Numbered from the stretch's first letter, positions 31,370 to 42,879 are shown. The stretch is DNA of 64,000 nt from an uncultured Prevotellaceae bacterium (GCA_900320845.1 ONTS01000010.1:3664-67663); one strand, 5' to 3'. The notes: a model not told the origin generated them from the letters alone. Numbers and translations are program-made.

Positions 31370-32830
31370 ATGAAAAAATTACTCTTTTTAATCCTGTCAC
31401 CCCTCTGCTTTCTCTCCTGCGATGAGAACACCGACTATATAGGCAACTCCCTTACCGATGATGACGACCGTCTGTACGTCTTTGCCGACACTTTCGACAT
31501 CACCGCGTCGACCATTGCCATCGACTCTGTGCTGGGACGTTCCAACACGGGTTACCTTGGACGAGTGTCCGACCCTGAAACAGGAACGAACATCACGTCG
31601 CACTTCATGGCACAGTATGGAATATTGGAAGATTATGTCTTCCCTGAAGAGGACAGCATCGTAAGTCGCCACGACGGAAAGATTATTGCCGACTCATGCG
31701 AGATACGATTATTCTGCAACTCTTTCTTCGGCGACTCCCTTGCCGTGATGAAGCTCAAGCTTAGCGAAATGGGTACACCCATGAAAGAAGCCACACCCTA
31801 TTACTCCTCTTTCGACCCAGAAGTGAAAGGATTGTTGAGAGAAAACGGACTGACGACAACAAAGACCTACACTCTTTCCAATCAGGCAGTAAGCGACAGC
31901 GAAAAGAGTGGTGACAAATATGTCAACTACATTCACATCCCCCTCAACCAGGCTTATACTGACAAAAATGGGCGCCAATACAACAACTATGGCACCTATC
32001 TGCTGACCAACTACTACGAGACACCTGCCTTCTACCGCAACTCCTATCAGTTTATCCACAACATTGCTCCCGGTTTCTACTACCAGTGGGCAGGTGGCAT
32101 AGGTTCCATGGCATACATCACCAGCAGCCAAATCAACGTATACTTCCGCTATGAGTACAACGACTCTGTTTACAAAGGCACCCTTACCTTTGCCGCGACC
32201 GACGAGGTGCTTCAGACAACAACGGTATACAATGATCTTGAAAAGCTGAAAGAACTGACTAAGGACACTGAGTACACTTACCTCAAGACCCCCGCAGCAC
32301 TCATCACGCAACTGACATTGCCCATCGATGACATTATAGCATCACATAGCAACGACACTATCAACTCGGCAAAGATAACATTGGAACGCTCCAATAACCT
32401 GGCCACTAACCATTACACACTGGGCATGCCGCAGACGTTGCTCATCCTACCAGTAGACAGCGTCAAGTCGTTCTTCGAGAACAACCTCATAACCGATAAC
32501 AAGCTTTCATTCCTCTCCACCTTCAACACTGCGAAGACGACCACACATGACGCCAACACCTACACCTTTGACAACATAAGTTCCATTGTAACCCACATGG
32601 CCAACATGAAGCGCAATGGTATGGCAAAAGACCCGCAGTGGACACAAAAACATCCCAACTGGAACAAGCTGGCTGTCATTCCCGTTACGGCGACCTATGC
32701 CAACACCATCTCGTCGACGACAGGACAAAGCATTCCAACCCTCTATCGTGTGAGACACGACATGTCGCTGACCAGCACACGCATATATAATAAAGGAATG
32801 AAGATTAGCATCGTCTATAGCAGATTATGA
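31370..32830 (+). CDS. DUF4270-like lipoprotein
   Basis: Lipobox FLSCD; YLGRVSDPETG and YLKTPAA; usual partner of the GT5-domain gene. Confidence 0.75.
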   Translation: MKKLLFLILSPLCFLSCDENTDYIGNSLTDDDDRLYVFADTFDITASTIAIDSVLGRSNTGYLGRVSDPETGTNITSHFMAQYGILEDYVFPEEDSIVSRHDGKIIADSCEIRLFCNSFFGDSLAVMKLKLSEMGTPMKEATPYYSSFDPEVKGLLRENGLTTTKTYTLSNQAVSDSEKSGDKYVNYIHIPLNQAYTDKNGRQYNNYGTYLLTNYYETPAFYRNSYQFIHNIAPGFYYQWAGGIGSMAYITSSQINVYFRYEYNDSVYKGTLTFAATDEVLQTTTVYNDLEKLKELTKDTEYTYLKTPAALITQLTLPIDDIIASHSNDTINSAKITLERSNNLATNHYTLGMPQTLLILPVDSVKSFFENNLITDNKLSFLSTFNTAKTTTHDANTYTFDNISSIVTHMANMKRNGMAKDPQWTQKHPNWNKLAVIPVTATYANTISSTTGQSIPTLYRVRHDMSLTSTRIYNKGMKISIVYSRL

Positions 32831-32885
32831 TGACCAAGCGCCTCAGCACCACCATGCACATCTGCCTCATATAACAACCATTAAA

Positions 32886-32915
32886 AAAGAGGAGACTTGA
32901 GTTTCTCCTCTTTTC
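32886..32915 (+). terminator. Intrinsic terminator
   Basis: AAAGAGGAGA...TCTCCTCTTT followed by T-rich sequence. Confidence 0.6.
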
Positions 32916-32938
32916 TTATTTATTCACACAATGCCATT

Positions 32939-34717
32939 ATGATAAAGGTATTATTGCGACAAGTCGGAGTTTACAAGCACGTTTCGCTGCTCACTCCGCT
33001 TTTCACATCACTTGAAGTGGTGATGGATGTGCTGATACCCTATATGACAGCCCTGCTGATAGACAACGGCATCAGCAAAGGCGACATGAGCACCACCTAT
33101 CGTTATGGCGGACTGATGTTGCTGATGGCGGCGGCGAGTTTGCTCTTCGGTATCTTAGCAGCACGTTGTGCAGCAAAAGCCTCAACAGGATTTGCCCACA
33201 ACATTCGCAATGCCTTATATCGTTCGCTGCAACGCTATGCCTTTGTAGACATCGACCACTACTCCACCCCAGGCATCATCACACGAATGACGACCGATGT
33301 GCAAAACCTGCAGAACGCCTACGGACAGATGTTGCGCATCAGTGTGCGCGCTCCCTATCGCCTGTTGCTCAGCATCGTTATGTGCGTCATCATCGATGCC
33401 AGACTTTCACTCATCTTTATTGCTGCTACCGTCATCCTTGCCGTATGCCTCTTCTGCATCATCCGACGCGTAGCCAAACTTTTCGCCCTCGTTTTTGAGC
33501 AATACGACAGCCTCAACGGTCGAGTGCAGGAGAATGTTTCTGCCATACGTTTAGTTAAAGCCTTTGTGCGCGAGGACTACGAGACACTTAAGTTTAGCAA
33601 GGCAGCACAACAACTCTACAGACTGTACCTACGAGCAGAGAGTCTCATGGCACTCAACCACCCGTTGATGAACTTTATCGTCTATGCATGCATCATTGCC
33701 TTGTCGTGGTGGGGTGCACACTTCATCGTCGGCGGCTCGCTCACGACAGGTGAGCTGGCATCGCTCTTCACATACGTCATGTCGATACTCACAGCACTCA
33801 TGATGCTCTCCATGGTCTTCGTCATGCTGACACAAAGTGTAACCAGCGCACGACGTGTGGCTGAGATGATTACCCACCCACCCTCTATCGATGACAACGC
33901 AACAGGGCTGGACACTATGGCGGATGGCAGCATAACCTTCGACCGTGTACGTTTCAATTACCACTCATGTGGCGAAAAGGCCACGGCAGGAAGCAGAAAA
34001 TCCGCCCTATTCAACATCAGCTTCCATATTGAATCTGGCGAGACAATAGGCATCATCGGCGGCACCGGTAGCGGAAAGTCCACCCTCGCCATGGTATTGT
34101 GTCGCCTCTACGACATCAGCAGCGGCTCCATCGTTGTAGGCGGAGCAGACATAGGTAGCTATACGTTGTCTGCCTTGCGAAGCAATATTGCATACGTGCA
34201 GCAGCAAAACCGTCTTTTCAGCGGCACCATCCTTGACAATCTGCGTTGGGGTAATGCCTCTGCTACGATAGTCGACTGCCGAAGGGCATGCCGTATAGCA
34301 CAGGCTGAAGACTTTATCAACGAAATGCCCAAAGGCTTTGACACCTACATCGAACAAGGCGGCACCAACCTCTCGGGCGGACAACGCCAACGCCTGTGCA
34401 TTGCACGTGCCCTGCTCAAGCAGCCACGCATACTCATCCTCGACGATGCCACCAGCGCTTGTGACACGCAGACCGACAGAAGCATTCAGACAGCAGTACG
34501 CGAACAGCTGAATGGCATCACAAAGCTCATCATCGCACAACGTATAAGCACTGTGCAACACTGCAAGCGCATCATTGTCATGGACAACGGAGGCATAGTA
34601 GGCATAGGGTCGTATGAGGAGCTGCTCAAGTCGTGTACTTTATATAAAGAGATATGCGAACTTCAGAGTCAGCCCACTGGCGACTTCGACTCTATGAAGA
34701 AAGGAGGGGATGCATGA
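32939..34717 (+). CDS. ABC exporter subunit (TMD+NBD), heterodimer partner 1
   Basis: Membrane domain; GGTGSGKS, LSGGQRQR and degenerate Walker B ILDDATS. Confidence 0.92.
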   Translation: MIKVLLRQVGVYKHVSLLTPLFTSLEVVMDVLIPYMTALLIDNGISKGDMSTTYRYGGLMLLMAAASLLFGILAARCAAKASTGFAHNIRNALYRSLQRYAFVDIDHYSTPGIITRMTTDVQNLQNAYGQMLRISVRAPYRLLLSIVMCVIIDARLSLIFIAATVILAVCLFCIIRRVAKLFALVFEQYDSLNGRVQENVSAIRLVKAFVREDYETLKFSKAAQQLYRLYLRAESLMALNHPLMNFIVYACIIALSWWGAHFIVGGSLTTGELASLFTYVMSILTALMMLSMVFVMLTQSVTSARRVAEMITHPPSIDDNATGLDTMADGSITFDRVRFNYHSCGEKATAGSRKSALFNISFHIESGETIGIIGGTGSGKSTLAMVLCRLYDISSGSIVVGGADIGSYTLSALRSNIAYVQQQNRLFSGTILDNLRWGNASATIVDCRRACRIAQAEDFINEMPKGFDTYIEQGGTNLSGGQRQRLCIARALLKQPRILILDDATSACDTQTDRSIQTAVREQLNGITKLIIAQRISTVQHCKRIIVMDNGGIVGIGSYEELLKSCTLYKEICELQSQPTGDFDSMKKGGDA

Positions 34718-36582
34718 GAGGCGATATGTTCAGTCCGTCGCGTCGGACATCCATGCCCTCGGCAGCACAACAAGGGACGGGCAAGCGCAACACGTCGGCA
34801 TTGTGGCGGTTAACGAAAGAGGTGACAGCACATTATTATTGGACACTGCTCGTTGTCATCGTGTGCATCATTGTCGCATCAACGACAACCATCGTATCAA
34901 CACTCTTCACCCGCACCCTCATCGACGACTACATACTGCTGCTCACCGGCTCTGCTTCGCCCGACTTCTCTCCGCTGGCAAAGGCATTGTGTACACTGGG
35001 CGCTGTACTCATTGCAGGTGTAGTTTGTTCGTACACCTACAATCGTCTGATGATAGGCGTCAGTCAGGGCATGATGCTTCATCTGCGACAGTCACTTTTC
35101 ACCCGTATGCAGCAGCTGCCGCTTGCTTACTTCGACAAACGCCCCCACGGCGACATCATGTCGGTGTTGATCAACGATGTCGACTCACTGCGGCAGGCAC
35201 TTGGACAGAGCCTGCCATCGGTACTGAGCTCGCTCATCACCATCGTTGCCACACTGATATCCATGATAGTGCTCAACATTCCGCTCACACTCATGTCGCT
35301 TGTCATGGCCATGGTGATATTTGGCGTCAGTCGTAAGCTCGGCAACCGTTCGCGCTTGCACTTCCGCGACCAACAGGCAACACTCGGCAAACTGAATGCA
35401 TACATCGAAGAGATGGTGAGCGGACAAAAAGAGATAAAGGTGTTCTGCCATGAAGAAGAGGCTATCCGACAGTTTGAGGTTCTCAACGAGCATCTTCGTT
35501 CTGCCAGTTGTGCAGCCAACCGCACAGCCAACATCGTCATGCCCGTCAATGGCAACCTGGGACTGGTGGGCTACGTACTCATCGGCTGTCTCGGTGCATG
35601 GATAGCCTTGCACTATCCGGGCGCACTGACACTCGGAACACTTATCAGCTTCCTGACTCTCAACAAAAACTTCACACAACCCATCAGCCATATCAGTCAG
35701 CAAATCAACAGCATTCTAAACGCTTCCGTCGGTGCCGAGCGCATCTATGCGCTGCGCGACGAGACGCCTGAGGTAGATGAAGGCACAGTGACGACGAGAC
35801 CCGACGTAAAAGGGCTTCAGATGTGGAACCTATCCGACGGCACGACACGAAAGGTGGAGGGCAATGTCGACTTCCGACATGTTGACTTCGGATACCAGAA
35901 AGACCGCCAGATACTACACGACATCTGCATCAATACCTCACCTGGACAGAAGATAGCGTTCGTGGGAGGAACCGGAGCAGGCAAGACAACCATCATCAAC
36001 CTCATCAACCGCTTCTACGACACGTGGCAAGGTGAGCTGCTCTACGACGGCATACCCATCAACAGCATCAGAAAATCGTCACTGCGCGGCACCATGAGCA
36101 TCGTGTTGCAGGAGACATCGCTCTTCAGCGACACAGTGATGGAGAATATACGCTACGGACGGCTGCAGGCAACAGACGAAGAGTGCCGACAAGCAGCGAG
36201 ATTGGTAGGAGCTGAAGGCTTCATCCTGCGTCTCAGCCATGGCTACGACACCATCATCACCGCCAACGGAGGCAACCTCAGCCAAGGCGAACGACAACTG
36301 CTGGCCATAGCGAGAGTGGCAGTAGCCAATCCCATGGTGCTCATTCTCGACGAAGCCACAAGTAGCATAGACACGCACACCGAACGCATTGTACAGCAAG
36401 GTATGGACACACTTATGGCAGGACGCACCACATTCGTCATAGCACACCGATTGTCTACCGTGCACAATGCCGACAGCATCATAGTGCTGGAACACGGTCA
36501 CATCATTGAGCAAGGCACACATACCGAGCTCATAGAAAAGAAAGGGAAATACTACCAGCTCTACACTGGCAAGGAGTTGTAG
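34714..36582 (+). CDS. ABC exporter subunit (TMD+NBD), heterodimer partner 2
   Basis: GGTGAGKT, LSQGERQ, ILDEATS, IAHRLST; ATGA overlap with partner 1. Confidence 0.92.
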   Translation: MRGDMFSPSRRTSMPSAAQQGTGKRNTSALWRLTKEVTAHYYWTLLVVIVCIIVASTTTIVSTLFTRTLIDDYILLLTGSASPDFSPLAKALCTLGAVLIAGVVCSYTYNRLMIGVSQGMMLHLRQSLFTRMQQLPLAYFDKRPHGDIMSVLINDVDSLRQALGQSLPSVLSSLITIVATLISMIVLNIPLTLMSLVMAMVIFGVSRKLGNRSRLHFRDQQATLGKLNAYIEEMVSGQKEIKVFCHEEEAIRQFEVLNEHLRSASCAANRTANIVMPVNGNLGLVGYVLIGCLGAWIALHYPGALTLGTLISFLTLNKNFTQPISHISQQINSILNASVGAERIYALRDETPEVDEGTVTTRPDVKGLQMWNLSDGTTRKVEGNVDFRHVDFGYQKDRQILHDICINTSPGQKIAFVGGTGAGKTTIINLINRFYDTWQGELLYDGIPINSIRKSSLRGTMSIVLQETSLFSDTVMENIRYGRLQATDEECRQAARLVGAEGFILRLSHGYDTIITANGGNLSQGERQLLAIARVAVANPMVLILDEATSSIDTHTERIVQQGMDTLMAGRTTFVIAHRLSTVHNADSIIVLEHGHIIEQGTHTELIEKKGKYYQLYTGKEL

Positions 36583-36588
36583 CGAGCG

Positions 36589-37251
36589 TTACTCCACCAG
36601 TTCCACAACAACACCTTCCAAATCGTTCAACAAAGAAGCTGCTCCTTCACGATAGTTGTGCCGCCTCACCTCAAGTTCCATCTCTACGATATAAAAGATG
36701 CAGTCCGAGCCCTGACGCTCCGTCATGCTATACGAATCTATCATGGCTCCATGCTCGCGCAGACGTGCCATGACAACATTGAAATCCTCGGGCGTCGGAG
36801 CCGACATCTTCACATGCCAGGAACGCCTGCCGACACGGGTAGTGATGAAATGGGTAAGCTCTAAGCCTATCAACACCAACACGGTGGCAACGATGCCGAG
36901 CCACCACATGCCACCTCCGATAGCTAAGCCTATAGCTGCTGTCGACCATAAGCCGGCTGCTGTGGTAAGACCACGCACCACATTGCGCTGAAAGATGATG
37001 GTACCGGCACCGATAAAGCCAATGCCCGATACGACTTGAGCTGCTACACGTGCCGGGTCGAGCCCTATACCATGCTGCGACAACACATCGGCAAAACCAT
37101 ATTGAGACACCAACATGAACAGGGTGCTGCCCAAGGCAACGAGAAAATGGGTGCGGAAGCCTGCCTCCTTGGCACGGTATTCCCGCTCAAGACCTATAAC
37201 ACCGCCCAACAAGCTGCCACATACTATACGAAGAATAAAATCTAATGTCAT
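36589..37251 (-). CDS. MgtC/SapB family membrane protein
   Basis: IGLERE...AGFRTH...RVAAQVVSGIGFIGAG...GLTTAAGLW. Confidence 0.93.
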   Translation of the reverse strand: MTLDFILRIVCGSLLGGVIGLEREYRAKEAGFRTHFLVALGSTLFMLVSQYGFADVLSQHGIGLDPARVAAQVVSGIGFIGAGTIIFQRNVVRGLTTAAGLWSTAAIGLAIGGGMWWLGIVATVLVLIGLELTHFITTRVGRRSWHVKMSAPTPEDFNVVMARLREHGAMIDSYSMTERQGSDCIFYIVEMELEVRRHNYREGAASLLNDLEGVVVELVE

Positions 37252-37350
37252 AATACAATATATATATTAAGGAATACTTAATCGCTACAAATATACAACT
37301 TTTCTGTTATTCAATATAAAACAATCCCACATCATAGCCCATTGTCCATC

Positions 37351-38148
37351 ATGTTTCTCTCCAGTCATCACAATCCCCATATCCGTCAGTTACTACTGCT
37401 ACAGCAAAAGGCCTCTGAACGTCGAGCCACGGGTTGTTTCGTAGTAGAAGGTTTACGCGAAATCATGCACTGCGCAAACAACGGCCATGACATACAACAG
37501 CTCTTCACCTGCACTACCCTGCTTGAGAAAATGCCCGAAGCACAGCGCATAGCAGCCTCGGTGCAAGCACGCCAACACTATGAGCTGACACCCGCACTAT
37601 ACCAAAAGGTGGCATACAGAGACAACACCGAAGGCATCATCGCCATCGTAGAGAAACGGACGATAACGCTACAGCAACTTCAGCTGCCCGACAACGCATT
37701 GATAGTAGTGGCAGAGAGTGTAGAGAAGCCCGGAAACATAGGTGCCATACTGCGCAGTGCCGAAGCAGCGAAGGCTGATGCGGTGATCATCTGCGACCCA
37801 CTGACCGACATCTACAACCCCAACATCATCAGGAGTTCTATAGGAGCTGTGTTCATCGTTCCCACGGTGACCTGCACCTCAGAAGAGTGTATCGCCTTTC
37901 TCAAGGAAAGAAAGATACAGATACTCTCTGCCCAGCTGCAAGAATCGCTGCCCTATTACGATACTGACATGCGCTGCGCCACAGCCATTGTCATGGGCAC
38001 GGAAGACAAAGGGCTCACCGACATGTGGCGTCAAGCTGCCGACATACACATCCGTATCCCCATGCTCGGACAACTCGACTCGCTCAACGTGTCGGTAAGC
38101 ACCGCCATACTCCTTTTTGAGGCGGTACGACAAAGGCTGCAGGGTTAA
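37351..38148 (+). CDS. TrmH/SpoU family RNA methyltransferase
   Basis: EKPGNIGAILRSA, MGTEDKGL, IPMLGQLDSLNVS. Confidence 0.93.
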   Translation: MFLSSHHNPHIRQLLLLQQKASERRATGCFVVEGLREIMHCANNGHDIQQLFTCTTLLEKMPEAQRIAASVQARQHYELTPALYQKVAYRDNTEGIIAIVEKRTITLQQLQLPDNALIVVAESVEKPGNIGAILRSAEAAKADAVIICDPLTDIYNPNIIRSSIGAVFIVPTVTCTSEECIAFLKERKIQILSAQLQESLPYYDTDMRCATAIVMGTEDKGLTDMWRQAADIHIRIPMLGQLDSLNVSVSTAILLFEAVRQRLQG

Positions 38149-38194
38149 CACTACATAACTTACATGATGGGAGCACAACTACAGCTCACCGACA

Positions 38195-38310
38195 TACCAA
38201 GCTCGACGACTTTGGTCACCAACCTCGACGACCTTGCATCGCAACTGTTACCTAATGATATTGCGAAACGAGAACTATGAGAAGACAATATCAGTGATAT
38301 TGGTTAGCGA
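38195..38310. repeat. Inverted, diverged copy of the type B repeat at 25148-25277
   Basis: Boxes at 38198, 38220 and 38286; the intervening sequence aligns by eye with the reverse complement of ~25170-25240. Confidence 0.7.
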
Positions 38311-38438
38311 CAATACCGCTTTTATCTCTCATACAGGCCATGATTATGGAGGTAGTAACAACACTTCGGGCAGCGGAACTATAGAGTATTCCGCTGCCCG
38401 AAGCTTGTATGTGTGGCCATATGAGTTTCTCGTCTTAT

Positions 38439-39080
38439 CTAGAACACCTGCAGTTTGTATGCCAATGTCACTGAGAATTTATTGGTGCATGCTTCATCTA
38501 GGATGTTTTCATTTTTTCTGTCCCATTTGCGCAGAGGCAGATAATACGATGCCTCTATTGCCCAAGGTCCTAAATTGTATTCGGCAGAGAACGGAATAGA
38601 AATATTGCCGCGTCGTATATACTTATGCAGCTTTTCGCTCTTTCCATCAATCTTGCCATACGCCTTCAGAACACGCATCAGGTGTACACCTGCAGCCACG
38701 TTAAAGTTTCGCATCAGGTAGTAGCGGCATCTGTAGTCAGAGTTCAGCATATGCATACTGATGTCGGTGGTACCTTCGGGTCCATTGCTGAAGGAACTGC
38801 ACTTGGCGTTGTTGGTACCTTCGTAAGTGTAGTTCAAGTCAAAGCTGGCAGCCAGCTTGTCAGTGAAGTGCACTTCGAAGAATCCTCCTATACTGGGACC
38901 GAAGAGGAAGTCGCCATTGAGTTTGGTCATGTTGGAACCTACTACTCCGATGCGTGGTCCTGCATAGATGTCCATGTATCCGAACCATTGTTTATCATCG
39001 TTTTGTGCTTTTACGGTGAACGACAACAGTGTAAACAGACACACTGCAAGAAGGGAAATGCGTAAACGTGTTGTTCTCAT
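38439..39080 (-). CDS. Outer-membrane beta-barrel (PorT/porin-like) protein
   Basis: Signal peptide, alternating beta-strand pattern, C-terminal aromatic residue (LAYKLQVF). Confidence 0.7.
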   Translation of the reverse strand: MRTTRLRISLLAVCLFTLLSFTVKAQNDDKQWFGYMDIYAGPRIGVVGSNMTKLNGDFLFGPSIGGFFEVHFTDKLAASFDLNYTYEGTNNAKCSSFSNGPEGTTDISMHMLNSDYRCRYYLMRNFNVAAGVHLMRVLKAYGKIDGKSEKLHKYIRRGNISIPFSAEYNLGPWAIEASYYLPLRKWDRKNENILDEACTNKFSVTLAYKLQVF

Positions 39081-39210
39081 GCTATGGCAGCAAAATAGGT
39101 TATACTTGAATAGACGTAGAAAAAAGGGTGTGCCCTGCCAGACAACAGAAGCTGTCATCTCCACGGGCACACGCCTTTCATAGCTTTAAAACATGATTTG
39201 ATACATGTGA

Positions 39211-41370
39211 TTAGTCTTCTTCTGCGAGTTCTGCCTCGTGCTGCTTGATGAGATCCTGCTGGATATCGTTGGGCACAAGTTCATAACTTGCAAACTTGGT
39301 AGTGAACGAAGCGCGACCACCAGTGAGCGAGCTCAAGGCGATGGAGTAGCTTGCCAATTCCTTGAGAGGAATCTTGGCAGACAGCTTCTGGTATCCAGCT
39401 TCGCTGTCCATACCCATGATGATAGCGCGGCGGCCCTGCAGGTCGCTCATCACATCACCCATGTAGTCGGCAGGAACGAGAACTTCCAGGTCGTAGATGG
39501 GTTCGAGAACCTTAGGTCCTGCCTCCTTAAACGCCATGGAAAAGGCATTACGGGCTGCAAGCATGAACGAGAGCTCGTTGGAGTCTACCGGGTGCATCTT
39601 ACCATCGTAAACCACAACGCGTACGTCGCGGGCATAGCTACCAGTTAGAGGTCCTTGCTCCATACGCTCCATGACACCCTTGAGGATGGCAGGCATGAAA
39701 CGCAGGTCGATGGCACCACCTACTACAGAGTTGAGGAATACGAGTTTGCCGCCCCATTCCAGGTCGATTTCTTCCTTGCTCTTGATGTTCATCTTAAACT
39801 CCTGACCACCGAACTTGTAAACCACGGGATCGGGCATGCCTTCGGTGTAAGGTTCAACAATAAGGTGTACTTCACCGAACTGGCCGGCACCACCCGACTG
39901 CTTCTTGTGACGATAGTCGGCACGTGAAGCCTTGGTGATGGTCTCACGATACGGAATCTTCGGCTCGATGTATTCCACTTGTATCTTTTCGTTGTTCTCC
40001 ATACGCCACTTCAGTGTACGGAGGTGGAACTCGCCCTGACCATGAACAATGGTCTGTTTCAGCTCCTTCGAGAGTTCTACAACCCACGTAGGATCTTCCT
40101 GACGCATCTTCTGCAGAGCAGCCATCATTTTTTCGGTGTCAGCTTCATTGACAGCCTTAATGGCGCGTGAGTACTTGGAGTTAGGATATTTGATGAAGTC
40201 GAATGTGCGGTCCACGTCTTTCGCATTCAGTGTATTGCCAGTCTTTACGTCTTTCAGCTTCACAGTGCATCCTATGTCACCAGCCTTCAGTTCGTCGACA
40301 GTCACACGATTTGCACCGGCGCAAGCATAAAGCTGACCGAGGCGTTCTTTCGATCCGCGGTCGGAGTTATTGAGGTCATCGCCGGGCTTGGCGGTACCGC
40401 TCATCACCTTGAAGTAGCTCACTTCACCGATGTGGGGTTCCATACCAGTCTTGAAGAAGAAGAGTGAGGTGGAACCGTCGCTGTCGGCCTTCACTTCGTT
40501 TCCACTTGCATCGCTAACCTGTGGCATCTCGGTAACGAAAGGAACCACGTTACTCAGAAACTCCATGAGGCGGCCTACACCCATATTCTTGCTGGCGCAT
40601 ACACACATAACGGGGAATACACTGCGCTCGATGAGGCCCTTGCGCAATCCTTCACGAATCTCATCCTCGGACAGGGCTTCCTCGTTGAAGAATTTCTCCA
40701 TCAGTGTCTCATCGTTTTCGGCTGCTGCCTCGATGAGAGCTGCACGCAGTTCGTTAGCCTTATCTTGTTCTTCGGCAGGGATGTCTTCTATGGTAGCTTT
40801 ACCGCCGTCGGCTCCCCATGACAGTTTCTTCATCAGCAGCACGTCGATGATAGCGTTGAAACCGCCACCAGTGGCTATAGGATACTGTACGATGGTACAT
40901 TTCGGGCCGAAGCTTTCACGCATGTTGGCCATCACTACATCAAAGTCGCAGTTGTCGACATCAAGGCGATTGATGGCGAAGATAACGGGCTTCTGCAGTT
41001 TGTCGGTATTGCGGAAGGCATTCTGTGTACCTACCTCGGGACCATATTGTCCGTTGACGAGGATCACCGCCTGGTCGCAGACATTCAGAGCGGTAATGGC
41101 ACCGCCTACAAAGTCGTCGGACCCCGGACAGTCGATGATGTTCAGCTTCTTATTGTTGCATTCCACATGGAAGACTGTGGGGAATACGGAATAGCCATAC
41201 TCCTGCTCCACAGGGAAATAGTCGCTGACAGTGTTCTTTTGTTCTACGGTACCACGGCGTTTTATGACGCCGCCTTCAAACAACATACTCTCGGTAAGTG
41301 TAGTCTTGCCGCTACCCGCACTGCCTATCAAGGCAATGTTTTTGATTTCGTTGGTCTGATAGACTTTCAT
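39211..41370 (-). CDS. fusA2: Elongation factor G paralogue (EF-G2)
   Basis: GSAGSGKT, DCPG, HKKQSGGAGQFG, DGKMHPVDS, DLQGRRA; divergent GTPase motifs; not in a str operon. Confidence 0.9.
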   Translation of the reverse strand: MKVYQTNEIKNIALIGSAGSGKTTLTESMLFEGGVIKRRGTVEQKNTVSDYFPVEQEYGYSVFPTVFHVECNNKKLNIIDCPGSDDFVGGAITALNVCDQAVILVNGQYGPEVGTQNAFRNTDKLQKPVIFAINRLDVDNCDFDVVMANMRESFGPKCTIVQYPIATGGGFNAIIDVLLMKKLSWGADGGKATIEDIPAEEQDKANELRAALIEAAAENDETLMEKFFNEEALSEDEIREGLRKGLIERSVFPVMCVCASKNMGVGRLMEFLSNVVPFVTEMPQVSDASGNEVKADSDGSTSLFFFKTGMEPHIGEVSYFKVMSGTAKPGDDLNNSDRGSKERLGQLYACAGANRVTVDELKAGDIGCTVKLKDVKTGNTLNAKDVDRTFDFIKYPNSKYSRAIKAVNEADTEKMMAALQKMRQEDPTWVVELSKELKQTIVHGQGEFHLRTLKWRMENNEKIQVEYIEPKIPYRETITKASRADYRHKKQSGGAGQFGEVHLIVEPYTEGMPDPVVYKFGGQEFKMNIKSKEEIDLEWGGKLVFLNSVVGGAIDLRFMPAILKGVMERMEQGPLTGSYARDVRVVVYDGKMHPVDSNELSFMLAARNAFSMAFKEAGPKVLEPIYDLEVLVPADYMGDVMSDLQGRRAIIMGMDSEAGYQKLSAKIPLKELASYSIALSSLTGGRASFTTKFASYELVPNDIQQDLIKQHEAELAEED

Positions 41371-41685
41371 TCCTTAATTGTTTTATTTTTTAAATGTGAT
41401 TGTGTACTCATTTGGGGTGTAAAGGTACACTTTTCTTATTCTCCGACAAAACGATTTGCAAAAATAGTGGAATGTGGACGTCAATTTCGGCCGTCCATCA
41501 TCAGTTCATCATGGCAAAGCGGATCAAAAACGAGGCATGCAGTGTGGGGACTTCGTAACGGAGACAACAAAAATAATGACATTAGGCAAAGGGTTGGAAA
41601 ATACGTAAAAAAGAAAAAAATAGGGACGAGAGCACACTTTTTCGCCAAGGGATTGTTATCTTTGCATAATGATAACTGCTGCCAC

Positions 41686-42831
41686 ATGACCGGTCTTTAC
41701 ATTCATATTCCGTTCTGCAGACATCGTTGCATCTATTGCGCCTTCTGCTCCACCACTCAAAAAGAATGGATGACAGATTATGTCGCAGCACTCGATAAAG
41801 AGATGCAGACGCGCAGTGAGGAAGCGCGGAAACATGGCGGCATCAGTACCATATACCTCGGCGGAGGAACACCATCAACATTGTCCGACATATTGTTACA
41901 CAACATCTTCGACAGCATCAGCAGGCATTTTCTATACGACAGATTACTGGACGATGTGGAAGAAATTACCCTAGAGTGCAATCCGGATGATGTGACGCCA
42001 CAGCTGGCAGCCATATTAAAAGAGATAGGCATCAACAGGGTGAGCCTCGGCGTTCAGACTTTCAACGACGAACGGCTGCGATGGCTCCACCGCCGACATA
42101 CGGCACAACAAGTGAACAATGCTGTACGCCATCTGAAAGCAACGGGCATTGACAACATCAGCATCGACCTGATATATGGTTTTCCTCAGCAGACAGAAGC
42201 TGATTGGCATAAAGACATCCAACAGGCGCTCGCTCTACAGGTACCACACATATCGGCTTACTGCCTGACTTACGAAGAAGGCACGCCGCTATGGAACAGT
42301 CTGCAACGCGGAGAAGTGAAGGAGCTGGAGGAGGAACAATGCCGCACACTCTATTATCAACTCGCTGATGCCCTCACTGAAACCGGCTACGACCATTATG
42401 AGATAAGTAACTTTGCTCTGCCCAACCGTCGAGCTCGCCACAACACCTCCTATTGGCAAGACATCCCATATATAGGTATTGGAGCTGCAGCGCACTCGTA
42501 CGACAAAGCCACAAGGCGATGGAACACAAGCGACATACGACAATATATAGAACTAACGCTCCACGCGCAGACACCATACGAGGAAGAAAACATAGACATC
42601 GACACTCATTTCAACGACCTGATAACCACCACGCTGCGCACGACTGAAGGTCTGCCGCTCATAAGCTTGGAAGAGACCTTTCCGCAGGCATTTGTTGACA
42701 CTCTAATGAAAGAAGCACAGCCGTGGATAGAACGAGGATGGCTCACAACAGAAAACAACTATCTACGACTCACACGAAATGCGCTGTTCGTCAGCGACAC
42801 CGTACTCTCTGATCTCGTGAGGGTTTCATAA
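41686..42831 (+). CDS. hemW: Radical SAM heme chaperone HemW (HemN-like)
   Basis: LYIHIPFCRHRCIYCAF, YLGGGTPS, YEISNF, HNTSYW; start MTGLYIH. Confidence 0.92.
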   Translation: MTGLYIHIPFCRHRCIYCAFCSTTQKEWMTDYVAALDKEMQTRSEEARKHGGISTIYLGGGTPSTLSDILLHNIFDSISRHFLYDRLLDDVEEITLECNPDDVTPQLAAILKEIGINRVSLGVQTFNDERLRWLHRRHTAQQVNNAVRHLKATGIDNISIDLIYGFPQQTEADWHKDIQQALALQVPHISAYCLTYEEGTPLWNSLQRGEVKELEEEQCRTLYYQLADALTETGYDHYEISNFALPNRRARHNTSYWQDIPYIGIGAAAHSYDKATRRWNTSDIRQYIELTLHAQTPYEEENIDIDTHFNDLITTTLRTTEGLPLISLEETFPQAFVDTLMKEAQPWIERGWLTTENNYLRLTRNALFVSDTVLSDLVRVS

Positions 42832-42879
42832 CAAAAGCATACTACAAAATTGTAAATAATAACATAAATACCATTACAC

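Noticed and set aside
39211-41370. Divergent EF-G as a novelty or a tetracycline ribosomal-protection gene
   Set aside because: It matches the known Bacteroidales EF-G2 paralogue in a core context.
41047-41685. Long N-terminal extension of HemW in the ORF track
   Set aside because: It overlaps fusA2 antisense and the promoter region; the family motif starts at Met 41686.
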